A stretch of DNA of 32,000 bases, from the NCBI RefSeq assembly GCF_000017845.1, contig NC_010546.1, positions 840,001 through 872,000 on the forward strand. The letters run 5' to 3'. The translations under genes and the position numbers were made by a program. Below, piece after piece: positions 8,787 to 17,984 of the stretch (position 1 is its first letter; each line of letters opens with the position of its first letter). Origin of the DNA: Crocosphaera subtropica ATCC 51142 (GTDB lineage Bacteria; Cyanobacteriota; Cyanobacteriia; Cyanobacteriales; Microcystaceae). The notes beneath the pieces were generated by a model. That model searched no databases. It was given only the letters and a program-made list of their open reading frames with translations, and was not told the DNA's origin.

Positions 8787-11003
8787 TTAGGCTAATGCAC
8801 TTTCGCTACCTGAGTCACTCATAAATAAACAAGATGAACCGGTCATATTGATCATTTCGTGAACAAAATGAAAATCGGGAATAGATTGTAAGCCAATAAA
8901 GTCCATATCGCCTTGAGGGGTTTGGCTAATACAACTGGGAAATTCTCCAACAATAATTAAGCTGTTAGCTGTGGCAGGAATTCGGCATAAATCCCGTAAA
9001 CTATCAATATAATTTTCAGCTTCTTTTCTATCTTGTTCTTGGGGAATCACTGAAATAATATTTAATTGCGCTTTCCAGGCTTTTGATAATCTTAAAGCCA
9101 TCAAAATAGCTAAGTCGGTATTGCCTTTTTCTAACCGTTCTATCATGGGTAAATCTTCTAATTGAGGGCGAATCCACAAGTTAATCACTTCCATTCTTCC
9201 TAACCCGGCATTGGGATGTAATCCTAATAGCATAACTCCCACTTCTAGCTGTTTAGCTTCGTTAAAAACGGGTAATAATTGATCCCAGTCACTAGCTTGC
9301 TCAGGAAACCGTAAAAAGAGAATATTAGGACGGAAAAATGCACTTTGTAAGGCTTGTAAAGCAGCGATAATGCCTTCACTTTCTAGTTCAACTTTCATCA
9401 CCGAAATGGTGGTTAACAGTCTATGATGACGAAAGGAACTGGCTAGTTCTCTAAGCTGTAGGGATAAAGTTTCTCCTTGATTATTTGTTGCAATTCCTAA
9501 TAGTTGTAAAAAACCTTCGGGTCGAGATAAATCTAATAAAAGGCGAAATTCGCCCAATAACTGCGAACCGTCTTCAATGGGGACTAAAAAGGTGGGTTTC
9601 CAGGCGCGAACATTGGTTAAATCTAATTGGATTACTTTCATAGCTGACCATTGAGCAATGGCCGTAAAAATGCCACTTCTCACATCAGCCGGACGTTTTT
9701 CTTTGGGTAAACTAACTAACCGTAAATAAATGCCCAAAACAATCGCAATGGCGACTAAACTTAGGAACGGACGAATCACTAACATGGCTAAAATACAGCC
9801 AAGAATGCCATACAAAGGCACAATAATGGGAACTTTAAGCGTGGGTCGAAAGTTCATCAATCCTAAGCTAGATTCTACTAAAACGACTAGGTTGATAGTG
9901 GCATAAGTGAGGAGGAAAAATAGGGTAATCAAAGGAGCGATCGCATTTAAGTCTCTTAATAATAAAGCGAGTAAAACAATCCCTGCACTCACCAATAAAG
10001 CACGACGGGGTTCCCCATTTTTCGAGAGTTTAGCTAACCCATTGCCCCAAGGTATTACCCCATCTTTGGCTAAGGCGGTTAAAATACGAGGCGCACCCAC
10101 TAAAGAAGATAAAGATGCACTAAAAGTTGCTGCTAATAACCCCATTAACACTAAAGGTTGCCATCGGGCTTTTTCCACTAAAATAGTATAGTTATTAATC
10201 AGTTCTTGAGGCGGTGCTGCACGAGCAACCCACCAACATAAAATGACATAAATAATGGTACTTAAGGCAATAGCCGAAAGGGTACCGACAGGAATATTTT
10301 GACGGCTATTTTCTAGCTCTCCCGACATATTAACCCCTGACATAATTCCTGTGGTAGCAGGGAAAAAGACAGCAAATACACCCCAAAAATTAATATTAGG
10401 AAAATCGCCCCAATCTTGCCAAGTTTGGCTACTGTCCCAGGTAAGGGAACTAGAAAAAATAGAAATTAACGATAAAATAATTAAAATTAAGACTAAATAT
10501 TGAACTCGAAAGGCAAAACCAGCACTAATATAAGCAATAATAAAAATAACTAAAAAAACGGCAAAATCAATCAGTAAAGGGGAATGCTCAGGGAATAAAA
10601 ATAACCATCCTTCTCGAAACCCAAAGATGTACATGGCAGCAGCTAAGGCTTGAGAAACAAATAAAGGAACCCCCACACTTCCCCCTATTTCTAACCCTAA
10701 CGACTTAGAAATCATGGCATAAGGTCCCCCTTCTCCCATCCGAGTATTAGTAGCAATAGAAGCAATAGAAAGCCCTGTGGCTACCGTAATGCTCACCGAT
10801 AAGAGAACCACGGTTAACCCTCCCCATAGGCCGGCATTACCCACAACCCAACCAATTCTTAGGTACATAATCGCCCCTAAAATGGTGAGCAATGTGGGCT
10901 TAAATACTCCCTCAAAAGTGTTATATTTTTTTTTCTGGTGGGTGGGGGTATTAAATTTTAATGGGTTAAAAGATGTAATGATTTTCTTGATTTTTAAGGG
11001 CAT
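8787..11003 (-). CDS. Cation-chloride cotransporter homologue (SLC12/APC superfamily) with a cytosolic C-terminal domain
   Basis: 738 aa. The N-terminal motif FEGVFKPTLLTILGAIMYLRIGWVVGNAG is typical of SLC12. About 12 TM helices are followed by a soluble C-terminal domain of about 290 aa. Confidence 0.8.
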   Translation of the reverse strand: MPLKIKKIITSFNPLKFNTPTHQKKKYNTFEGVFKPTLLTILGAIMYLRIGWVVGNAGLWGGLTVVLLSVSITVATGLSIASIATNTRMGEGGPYAMISKSLGLEIGGSVGVPLFVSQALAAAMYIFGFREGWLFLFPEHSPLLIDFAVFLVIFIIAYISAGFAFRVQYLVLILIILSLISIFSSSLTWDSSQTWQDWGDFPNINFWGVFAVFFPATTGIMSGVNMSGELENSRQNIPVGTLSAIALSTIIYVILCWWVARAAPPQELINNYTILVEKARWQPLVLMGLLAATFSASLSSLVGAPRILTALAKDGVIPWGNGLAKLSKNGEPRRALLVSAGIVLLALLLRDLNAIAPLITLFFLLTYATINLVVLVESSLGLMNFRPTLKVPIIVPLYGILGCILAMLVIRPFLSLVAIAIVLGIYLRLVSLPKEKRPADVRSGIFTAIAQWSAMKVIQLDLTNVRAWKPTFLVPIEDGSQLLGEFRLLLDLSRPEGFLQLLGIATNNQGETLSLQLRELASSFRHHRLLTTISVMKVELESEGIIAALQALQSAFFRPNILFLRFPEQASDWDQLLPVFNEAKQLEVGVMLLGLHPNAGLGRMEVINLWIRPQLEDLPMIERLEKGNTDLAILMALRLSKAWKAQLNIISVIPQEQDRKEAENYIDSLRDLCRIPATANSLIIVGEFPSCISQTPQGDMDFIGLQSIPDFHFVHEMINMTGSSCLFMSDSGSESALA
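9937..9944. repeat. HIP1 palindrome GCGATCGC
   Basis: Exact 8-mer read in the sequence. Confidence 0.95.
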
Positions 11004-11070
11004 AATTAAAAAGAAGAATCCTCTTTTATGGGAATGCCATATTGGTGAGGAACGAAAGTATCAACTGATG

Positions 11071-11280
11071 TTATATACTTAATTTCAGAGCATTGACAGG
11101 GACTTCATCCCAAGAGTCTACGGTTCTTAAATTGGCCACCCATCCTTCTTGTTTTTGGTCTTCTGTCAGGTTATTTAACCAATTTTGATGACAGTCTTCT
11201 GCTGCTTTTTGATTGCAGGAAGCAATACAAGAATAGACTATTCCAGACGGATCAATTTGTTCATTTACCCAAATCGTCAT
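11071..11280 (-). CDS. Small hypothetical protein (69 aa)
   Basis: ORF on the same strand between pntB and the cotransporter gene, translating MTIWVNEQIDPSGIVYSCIASCNQKAAEDCHQNW.... No recognisable family. Codon composition resembles its neighbours. Confidence 0.45.
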   Translation of the reverse strand: MTIWVNEQIDPSGIVYSCIASCNQKAAEDCHQNWLNNLTEDQKQEGWVANLRTVDSWDEVPVNALKLSI

Positions 11281-11364
11281 GATTTTAATAATAAGTCATT
11301 AAGGGGATTTCATATCACAATTATACCTCCCTATTAATAAACAGGGAGGCATAAATTCAATTAA

Positions 11365-11398
11365 CTGAAGTGAAACAATTACAGTTGTTTCACTTCAG
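11365..11398 (-). terminator. Perfect 14-bp hairpin straddling the pntB stop codon (probable terminator)
   Basis: CTGAAGTGAAACAA (11365-11378), loop TTACAG, then TTGTTTCACTTCAG (11385-11398). On the mRNA the pntB TAA lies in the loop. The stem is followed by UUAAUUGAAUUUAU. Confidence 0.55.
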
Positions 11399-12806
11399 AC
11401 ACTAATTTAGAAATCACATCTTGTGCGCTACCAAAGAGCATCATAGTTTTATCATCGTAGAATAACTGGTTATCCACACCAGCAAACCCTGCACTCATCC
11501 CCCGTTTAATAACAATGGTATGATGAGCTTTATCGACTTCTAAGATGGGCATTCCATAGATAGGGCTATTTTTATCAGCCCGTGCCGCCGGGTTAACCAC
11601 ATCATTGGCCCCGATAACCAAAGCAACATCAGTCTGTTCAAATTCAGGGTTGATGTCGTCCATATCGTACAATTGGTTATAAGGAACGTTAGCTTCAGCG
11701 AGTAAAACGTTCATGTGGCCGGGCATCCGTCCAGCAACGGGGTGAATGGCATATTTAACTTCTACCCCCATTTTTTCCAGTTGGTTGGCTAATTCTCTGA
11801 CGGTGTGTTGTGCTTGAGCTACTGCCATCCCATACCCCGGAACAATCACTACAGAACGAGCATAGCCTAACATCATTGCTCCTTCTTCGCTGTCAATGGA
11901 ATGAACCACTTTATCGGTAGCTTCACCGGAACCGCCGACTACCGTACCGCCAGCACTACCAAAGGCACCGAATAACACGCTCAGTAAAGAACGGTTCATG
12001 GCTTTACACATGATTTCCGTTAGGATGATACCGGACGCACCTACCAACGCACCAGCGACGATGAGCATATTGTTCATCAAGATAAAACCGGCTGCACTGG
12101 CAGCTAACCCTGAGAAGGAGTTTAACAGGGAGATAACCACCGGCATATCACCCCCACCGATAGGTAGGACGAATAATACCCCAAATACCAAAGATAATCC
12201 CACTAACCCTAAAAAGAGTTCTGGGTTGGCCGGGTTAATGAACAGGTAAACACTGCCGGCGATGAAGGATAAAAAGAGAAGAATATTGAACGGTTGTTGT
12301 AGGGGAAAGGTAACAGGAGAACCACTGACCAACCCTTGTAACTTAGCAAAAGCGAGTAAACTACCGGTTAGGGTGACACCACCGATAAATACCCCTAAAA
12401 TCGCTACGAATGTGGCATCAAAGGGAACTTTATCACCAGCATCGAGTAACCGCCAAAACTCTCCAACGGCAACTAAGGCACTGGCTGCACCCCCTAAACC
12501 GTTGAAAATACCCACCATTTGGGGCATTTCTGTCATGGCTACTTTTTGAGCAGCGATCGCCCCGATAATGGAACCAATGATCACCCCGACGAGAATCATC
12601 TCGTAGTTGATCACCGATTGATTAATGAGTGTAGCAATAATGGCAAAGAACATCCCCACCGCAGCGATAATGTTGCCTCGACGAGCGGTAGCGGGTGATC
12701 CTAACTGCTTTAACCCGACAATAAATAGGGCCGCAGCGACTAAGTAAGTCAGTTCGATGCCGGTGGTTAAACCAGACAGAACGTCAGTACATAAGGTATC
12801 GTTCAT
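11379..12806 (-). CDS. pntB: NAD(P) transhydrogenase subunit beta
   Basis: 475 aa with an N-terminal multi-TM domain and a C-terminal NADP(H)-binding dIII domain (YAIHPVAGRMPGHMNVLLAEA, VIGANDVVNPAA). Confidence 0.95.
   Translation of the reverse strand: MNDTLCTDVLSGLTTGIELTYLVAAALFIVGLKQLGSPATARRGNIIAAVGMFFAIIATLINQSVINYEMILVGVIIGSIIGAIAAQKVAMTEMPQMVGIFNGLGGAASALVAVGEFWRLLDAGDKVPFDATFVAILGVFIGGVTLTGSLLAFAKLQGLVSGSPVTFPLQQPFNILLFLSFIAGSVYLFINPANPELFLGLVGLSLVFGVLFVLPIGGGDMPVVISLLNSFSGLAASAAGFILMNNMLIVAGALVGASGIILTEIMCKAMNRSLLSVLFGAFGSAGGTVVGGSGEATDKVVHSIDSEEGAMMLGYARSVVIVPGYGMAVAQAQHTVRELANQLEKMGVEVKYAIHPVAGRMPGHMNVLLAEANVPYNQLYDMDDINPEFEQTDVALVIGANDVVNPAARADKNSPIYGMPILEVDKAHHTIVIKRGMSAGFAGVDNQLFYDDKTMMLFGSAQDVISKLVSEVKQL
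12553..12560. repeat. HIP1 palindrome GCGATCGC
   Basis: Exact 8-mer read in the sequence. Confidence 0.95.
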
Positions 12807-12813
12807 CGTTAGA

Positions 12814-13101
12814 CTATGCTCCCTTCTTCTTGAACATTTGCAACATCCGGTCAGTCACTAAGAAGCCACCAACCACGTTAACCGTTGCTAAGACAACGGC
12901 CACTAATCCTAAAATGACCGTAATATTCCATTCTTTGGGTCCGGCAATGAGTAGGGCCCCAACCACCGCAATACCGGAGATAGCGTTGGCCCCAGACATC
13001 AGGGGCGTATGTAAGGTGGGGGGAACTTTGTTGATCACCTCAAACCCCACAAAGGAGGCTAAGACGAACACCACTAAACCAATTAATAATCCAGTTGTCA
13101 T
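12814..13101 (-). CDS. pntA: NAD(P) transhydrogenase subunit alpha, part 2 (membrane part)
   Basis: 95 aa with 3 TM helices. It sits 7 nt upstream of pntB and 14 nt downstream of alpha part 1. This is the three-polypeptide Pnt organisation. Confidence 0.9.
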   Translation of the reverse strand: MTTGLLIGLVVFVLASFVGFEVINKVPPTLHTPLMSGANAISGIAVVGALLIAGPKEWNITVILGLVAVVLATVNVVGGFLVTDRMLQMFKKKGA

Positions 13102-13115
13102 AAATTACTCCATTT

Positions 13116-14273
13116 CTATGCTTGCACTAAGGTCGCTAAAGCTTGTTTAATGCGATCGTTGCGGATCTCGCCTTCGTAGGTGACACAGGTTCCGTCTACA
13201 ATGTCGTCTTCAAAGTTGAAGTCAATGGCACCGTCTTTGACCACATATTTCACTAGGGTTAAGAGGTTCTTGGCATAGACTTTACTGGCATCTACCGGTA
13301 AGGTAGCGGGCAAGTTCAACGGTCCAATAATGGTGACACCGTTGTAGTAAACGTCTTTTCCGGCTTCGGTACAAGCACAGTTACCGCCCTGGCCGGCTGC
13401 TAAGTCCACGATCACAGCCCCTGGGTTCATTTCACCGACCATTTCTTCGGTGACGATCAAGGGGGCCCGTTTGCCTTGTACTTGGGCGGTGGTGATCACG
13501 ACATCGGACTTTTTAACGTGTTCGGTGAGAACTTGACGAATCTTTTCTTGAGTGCTTTGGCCCACTTCCTTGGCGTAACCGCCGGTGGTGGCGGTGTCTT
13601 CTTCGATGGGAATTTCAATAAATTTTGCTCCCACACTCTGCACCTCTTCTTTCACTGCCGGGCGCACGTCAAAGGCTTCTACCACTGCCCCTAACCGTCT
13701 AGCGGTGGCGATCGCTTGTAACCCGGCTACCCCTGCACCGACCACCAACACTTTGGCTGGGGGAATGGTACCGGCTGCGGTGGTCATCATGGGAAATAAA
13801 CGAGGCAACGAGGCCGCAGCGATCAAGGCTGCTTTATACCCGGCAATATTGGCTTGAGATGACAGTGCGTCCATGCTTTGGGCCCGACTGGTACGGGGGA
13901 TCATCTCCATGCTAAAGGCATTGATTTTCCGTTGGGCCAAGGCTTGAACCTGTTCTGGGTTGGCCAAAGGGTTGAGAAAACTGATTAACGTGGCACCGGG
14001 TTTTAACCAGTTCATTTCCTCTTCTCCCTGTTGTTCCCCTGGAGGGGCAACTTTCAGGAGAATATCGGCAGCCTCCCACAGTGCTTTGGCAGAGTTGATA
14101 ATGGTAGCCCCGGCTGCTTCGTATTCACTATCGGTAAAATGAGCGCCAAGGCCTGCCCCAGACTGCACTAATACTTCAAACCCTAGCTTAATAAAGCGGG
14201 CGACAATATCAGGAACGAGAGCAACTCGCAATTCTCCTAAGTCACTTTCTTTTGGAACTGCGATTTTTAGCAT
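13116..14273 (-). CDS. pntA: NAD(P) transhydrogenase subunit alpha, part 1 (soluble dI, NAD(H)-binding)
   Basis: 385 aa with an alanine-dehydrogenase/PNT fold and the Rossmann motif VVGAGVAGLQAIATARRLGA. Confidence 0.95.
   Translation of the reverse strand: MLKIAVPKESDLGELRVALVPDIVARFIKLGFEVLVQSGAGLGAHFTDSEYEAAGATIINSAKALWEAADILLKVAPPGEQQGEEEMNWLKPGATLISFLNPLANPEQVQALAQRKINAFSMEMIPRTSRAQSMDALSSQANIAGYKAALIAAASLPRLFPMMTTAAGTIPPAKVLVVGAGVAGLQAIATARRLGAVVEAFDVRPAVKEEVQSVGAKFIEIPIEEDTATTGGYAKEVGQSTQEKIRQVLTEHVKKSDVVITTAQVQGKRAPLIVTEEMVGEMNPGAVIVDLAAGQGGNCACTEAGKDVYYNGVTIIGPLNLPATLPVDASKVYAKNLLTLVKYVVKDGAIDFNFEDDIVDGTCVTYEGEIRNDRIKQALATLVQA
13708..13715. repeat. HIP1 palindrome GCGATCGC
   Basis: Exact 8-mer read in the sequence. 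Confidence 0.95.
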
Positions 14274-14919
14274 ATTGAACCTTCCTTGCTTTTATTGATG
14301 GGTTAAAAGTTTGTTGTTAATATTTTCAGGGTTATTAACGGGTTAAGAAGAAACCTTAAACTCTTCTTTGTTTTTGCTTCATTAATTAATCATGTTTAAG
14401 TACAATGACTTAATTAAATAAAGCGTTGAGTTTGGCTTAGTCATCGGTCTAATTGAGCAGTTGTTTACAAACTTATAACCCTTTATCAGAGCGTTATTAA
14501 CCCTATAGTTTCGAGATGGCCTGATTTCGCTTTTTATTTAGTCTAGTCTAGGTTTTTGCTACTGTTTAAAAACTTAATTAATTTTTAACTGTGTATTTTG
14601 TTACTAATTATCAATTATCAGTAAAAACTACTTTTAACATGAGAAGCGGTTTCTTTCAGTTCTCCTGAGAGGAGAAACACTAACACCCTATCAATATTTT
14701 TATTATTCGCTAATTCTTGTAAACAGTGTAATTGTTGATCAGTGTATGAGAACTGCTATCAAACATTATATCAATAAAAATTGATGAATAATGAGAAATT
14801 AAATCTTTCGTATTATCAGCATTCAACCAGTCCTAAAAAAGAAACCATTGGAGCTATACTCCTATTTAAAAACTATGTTATACTGACCAAGACTTTTAAT
14901 TCATTTCGAGAGTTAATCT

Positions 14920-15129
14920 ATGAAAAGTAGTGCGCGTAATACCATTAAAGGAACCGTTAAAAAAGTTGAAATGGGGAGTGTTAATGCCGTTGTTACTCTA
15001 GAAGTTGCTCCTGGGGTAGAAATTAGTGGCATGATTACTAAAGAGTCTGCTGAATCTTTAGCCTTAAGTGAGGGTAAAGAAGCTTACGCTATTATTAAAG
15101 CTAGTGATGTTATGTTAGGAGTTGAATAA
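14920..15129 (+). CDS. mop: Molbindin (single TOBE/Mop domain molybdate-binding protein)
   Basis: 69 aa. MKSSARNTIKGTVKKVEMGSVNAVVTLEV...AIIKASDVMLGVE matches the Mop/TOBE pattern (SARN..kG.V, IKA..V.l). Confidence 0.85.
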   Translation: MKSSARNTIKGTVKKVEMGSVNAVVTLEVAPGVEISGMITKESAESLALSEGKEAYAIIKASDVMLGVE

Positions 15130-15191
15130 TTAATGAAACTTCTATTTTGATGATAGAAGCTAATTAATAATTCAAGCTCATCATAACCAAT

Positions 15192-15227
15192 ATTGTTACC
15201 TTAAAATTAAGGTAACAATTTCTTTTT
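15192..15227 (+). terminator. Rho-independent terminator after mop
   Basis: The perfect palindrome ATTGTTACCTTAA-AA-TTAAGGTAACAAT (15192-15219) is followed by TTCTTTTT. Confidence 0.65.
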
Positions 15228-15295
15228 GAGTCAGGGTTATTTTTCTTATTTTTTCATACTGATATCTTGCACGCCTAACCAATAAACTTAATAAT

Positions 15296-15363
15296 GTAAG
15301 CATTTAGTATTCAGCTTTCAGCAGTTAGTGTTATATGAAAATAGCTGATAGCTGAATGCTTAC
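15296..15363 (-). terminator. Long imperfect hairpin downstream of the P-type ATPase gene
   Basis: GTAAGCATT..CAGCT.TCAGC at 15296-15322 pairs with GCTGATAGCTGAATGCTTAC at 15344-15363. It lies about 45 nt past the ATPase stop. There is no clean U-tract, so the function is uncertain. Confidence 0.35.
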
Positions 15364-15407
15364 AAACTAGCTAATCTTATCAAAGGTGCAAGCTATAATC
15401 ATACCAT

Positions 15408-17882
15408 TTAATCACCACTGAACTGCTTCCAAATACGAAGATAACGTTGTCCCAACATAACCACTTTTTTCTTGTTTAAAAGACGATATAACCAGAGTTT
15501 TAACCAGTCGAAGATTAAGAACCAAACAAAGGCATAACCCCAACTAGCAAGGGTCCACCAAAAGCCAACCGGAGCCATTAAAATGCCAAACCAGCCTAAA
15601 ATAGTAGAAATAGCCACCGATAATCCGGTGGCCATTAACATGGTTTTGGCGGGGGGAACAGACCAAAAGGGGCCTTGCACCCGTGTTACATAAATAGTCA
15701 TCATTCCCCCAACCGCTAGGTGTAAATAAATTAGGGTTTGTACCATTTCATGGGACAGTTTAAGATAAATTTCTGTGTAATAATAGAGCAGAAACGTCTC
15801 AATAACCCCCACTAAACCCAGAAAAGTAGCAAAGCTAAGAATAAAGGTTAAATTCCAACGTTGGGGCTGTTTAGGAATTTTGGTATTATCATAAGCAATG
15901 GTTACCATTGACCCATCGTTAATTAAAGCCAACAGTACCAACATCACCACAGTAACAGGATAAGACCCATAAACTAAAATAGCGATGGTGACAAAGAAGA
16001 GAATACGAACGGTTTCTACCACCCGATAAACGCAATAACTTTGCATTCGTAGGAAAATCTGACGACTCAGTTTAATGGCATCGATAATGACTGATAAACC
16101 AGGGGTCAATAAAACAATGTCCGCAGCTGCCCTGGCTGCATCCGTCGCCCCAGAAACGGCAATTCCGGCGCTAGACTGTTTTAAGGCCGGGGCATCGTTA
16201 ACTCCATCCCCTGTCATCGCCACAATATAACCTTGTTTTTGTAAGCTTTCGACAATGTGAAACTTATCTTCGGGAAACACTTGACCAAACCCGTCTGCAT
16301 ATTTAATTTCTCTAGCTAACTGACTCATCTGAGAAGCCGGCGTTTCTCGGAATATATTGGCATCGATGACATTTTGTCCTAACCCTAATTGATGACAGGT
16401 TTCTTTGGCGATCGCTACTTGATCCCCCGTGATCATTTTCAGAGGAACCCCCAATTTTCGGGCATTTTCAATGGTAATCTGGGAATCAGGACGTGGGGGA
16501 TCAAATAAGGAGAGGATGCCTAAAAATTCCCATTCTCCCTCTATGTTAGTTCGGGCAACCCCTAAAGCCCTATAACCCCGTTGGGCTAAAGCGTCTATTT
16601 GGGCGTTGACTTGAGGGGCGATCGCTTCTTTATTGGGACTTAACTCTAAAATAACTTGAGGTGCGCCTTTGCTGGTTTTAAAGGTTGTGCCGTCGTGACT
16701 GATAATTTCGGCTTCTGTGCGTTTACGAACGGGATCAAAGGGGATAAAGTGGGTAATTTGATAATTTTGGAGTTGATCGGGGTTTTTTAAGCCATTAATA
16801 ATGGTCATATCGATGGGGTCATGATCTTCGCTGCTAGAGGCAAGGGCCGCTGATAAAAGCATTTCCTCTGGATCAACATTAGCCAAAGTCCAAGGATCAC
16901 CCAAGGATAGTTGGTTAAGGGTGAGGGTTCCAGTTTTATCGGAACAAAGCATATCAACTCCGGCCAGTTCATCAATGGCAGCTAAACGAGTCACCAGGGC
17001 GTTCTTTTTAGCCAAGAGTTGCGCCCCAATGGCCATGGTGACAGCCAATACGGTAGGGGTGGCAAGGGGAATGGAGGCAACGGTTAAAACCAAACAATAT
17101 TTCAGGACTTGAACAAAGTTATCCCCATCATGAACCCTGACTAAGAGGATAATGGCCACAAGGATGATATTGATAATGATCAAATAATCCGACAGTTTAA
17201 GAACCGTTTCTTGTAAGTGATCCGTTGATTCTGCTTCCGTGACTAATTTAGCGGTTTTGCCGAAAAAGGTGTTAACCCCTGTACTGGTAACCACAGCCTC
17301 AGCTTGACCTTTTTTGAGAATGGAGCCAGAATAAACCAGATCCCCAGTTTCACGGGTAACGGGCAAAGATTCCCCAGTTAAGGCGGCTTGGTCAATGGTT
17401 AAGGGATCACAATCAAACAATTTGAGATCAGCCGGCAGTACATCCCCAATTTTGATGCGAATGACATCTCCAGGAACTAATTCCCTGGCGAGAACGGTTT
17501 TCCATTGTCCATCTCGTTTGGCTGTAGCTTGTCGGGCTAACTGGGCTTTGAGGGCGGCCACTGCATCCCCGGCGGATTTTTCTTCGGTAAAACCGATGGC
17601 TGCATTACCGATTAAAAGAAAACAAATAATCCCAAAATCTACCCAATCTTGCACTAATGCACAAAGAATAATCGCTGCTTCAATCATCCAAGGCATGGGA
17701 CCCCAGAAATAGGATAGCAGCATCATTAAGGTGTTAACTTTTTTGTCTTCTAATTCATTGTAACCGTATTGCTTGAGACGGTTTTGGGCTTCTTCTTGGC
17801 TTAAACCATCAGGGGAAGTTTCTAACTGTTTGATGACCTCAGATAAGGATGACCCTTGAGGTTTTGCTGTGCCACTGTTCAT
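15408..17882 (-). CDS. P-type ATPase, type IIIA (plasma-membrane H+-ATPase-like)
   Basis: 824 aa. P-type motifs present are TGES (LTGESLPV), DKTGTLT and MTGDGVNDAPALK. The N-terminus GLSQEEAQNRLKQYGYNELEDKKVN and the M6 segment LALINDGSMVTIAYDNTK parallel plant/fungal H+-ATPases as I remember them. The protein ends soon after M10. Confidence 0.85.
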   Translation of the reverse strand: MNSGTAKPQGSSLSEVIKQLETSPDGLSQEEAQNRLKQYGYNELEDKKVNTLMMLLSYFWGPMPWMIEAAIILCALVQDWVDFGIICFLLIGNAAIGFTEEKSAGDAVAALKAQLARQATAKRDGQWKTVLARELVPGDVIRIKIGDVLPADLKLFDCDPLTIDQAALTGESLPVTRETGDLVYSGSILKKGQAEAVVTSTGVNTFFGKTAKLVTEAESTDHLQETVLKLSDYLIIINIILVAIILLVRVHDGDNFVQVLKYCLVLTVASIPLATPTVLAVTMAIGAQLLAKKNALVTRLAAIDELAGVDMLCSDKTGTLTLNQLSLGDPWTLANVDPEEMLLSAALASSSEDHDPIDMTIINGLKNPDQLQNYQITHFIPFDPVRKRTEAEIISHDGTTFKTSKGAPQVILELSPNKEAIAPQVNAQIDALAQRGYRALGVARTNIEGEWEFLGILSLFDPPRPDSQITIENARKLGVPLKMITGDQVAIAKETCHQLGLGQNVIDANIFRETPASQMSQLAREIKYADGFGQVFPEDKFHIVESLQKQGYIVAMTGDGVNDAPALKQSSAGIAVSGATDAARAAADIVLLTPGLSVIIDAIKLSRQIFLRMQSYCVYRVVETVRILFFVTIAILVYGSYPVTVVMLVLLALINDGSMVTIAYDNTKIPKQPQRWNLTFILSFATFLGLVGVIETFLLYYYTEIYLKLSHEMVQTLIYLHLAVGGMMTIYVTRVQGPFWSVPPAKTMLMATGLSVAISTILGWFGILMAPVGFWWTLASWGYAFVWFLIFDWLKLWLYRLLNKKKVVMLGQRYLRIWKQFSGD
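16408..16415. repeat. HIP1 palindrome GCGATCGC
   Basis: Exact 8-mer read in the sequence. Confidence 0.95.
16618..16625. repeat. HIP1 palindrome GCGATCGC
   Basis: Exact 8-mer read in the sequence. Confidence 0.95.
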
Positions 17883-17984
17883 TGTTTTAATGATGAATAG
17901 ATTAAAATATTGTTAATTTTAGAGACTCAATTCTATAATTGTTTTTAGCATACCTCTAGTTCAATTAGATGATAATCAATCTTC

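Noticed and set aside
9907-14142. ORFs 9907..10191, 10777..11082, 11998..12249, 12262..12549, 12830..13150, 13476..13694, 13585..13857 and 13960..14142 (all +)
   Set aside because: All are antisense to the cotransporter gene or the pnt operon. Their A/P/T/K-rich translations are typical of reverse-frame artefacts of membrane-protein genes.
14380-14590. Three TTAATTAA palindromes within about 200 bp, considered as a repeated operator
   Set aside because: In DNA this AT-rich, an all-A/T 8-mer palindrome recurs readily by chance. The spacing is irregular and the flanks are not conserved.
14600-14919. Moco riboswitch upstream of mop, and likewise an SAH riboswitch in the ahcY leader at 7486-7600
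   Set aside because: I could not find the conserved GC-rich cores I remember for these RNA classes. The leaders are AT-rich with only small hairpins. An Infernal/Rfam scan would be decisive.
16921-17712. ORFs 16921..17112(+) and 17395..17712(+)
   Set aside because: They are antisense within the P-type ATPase gene.
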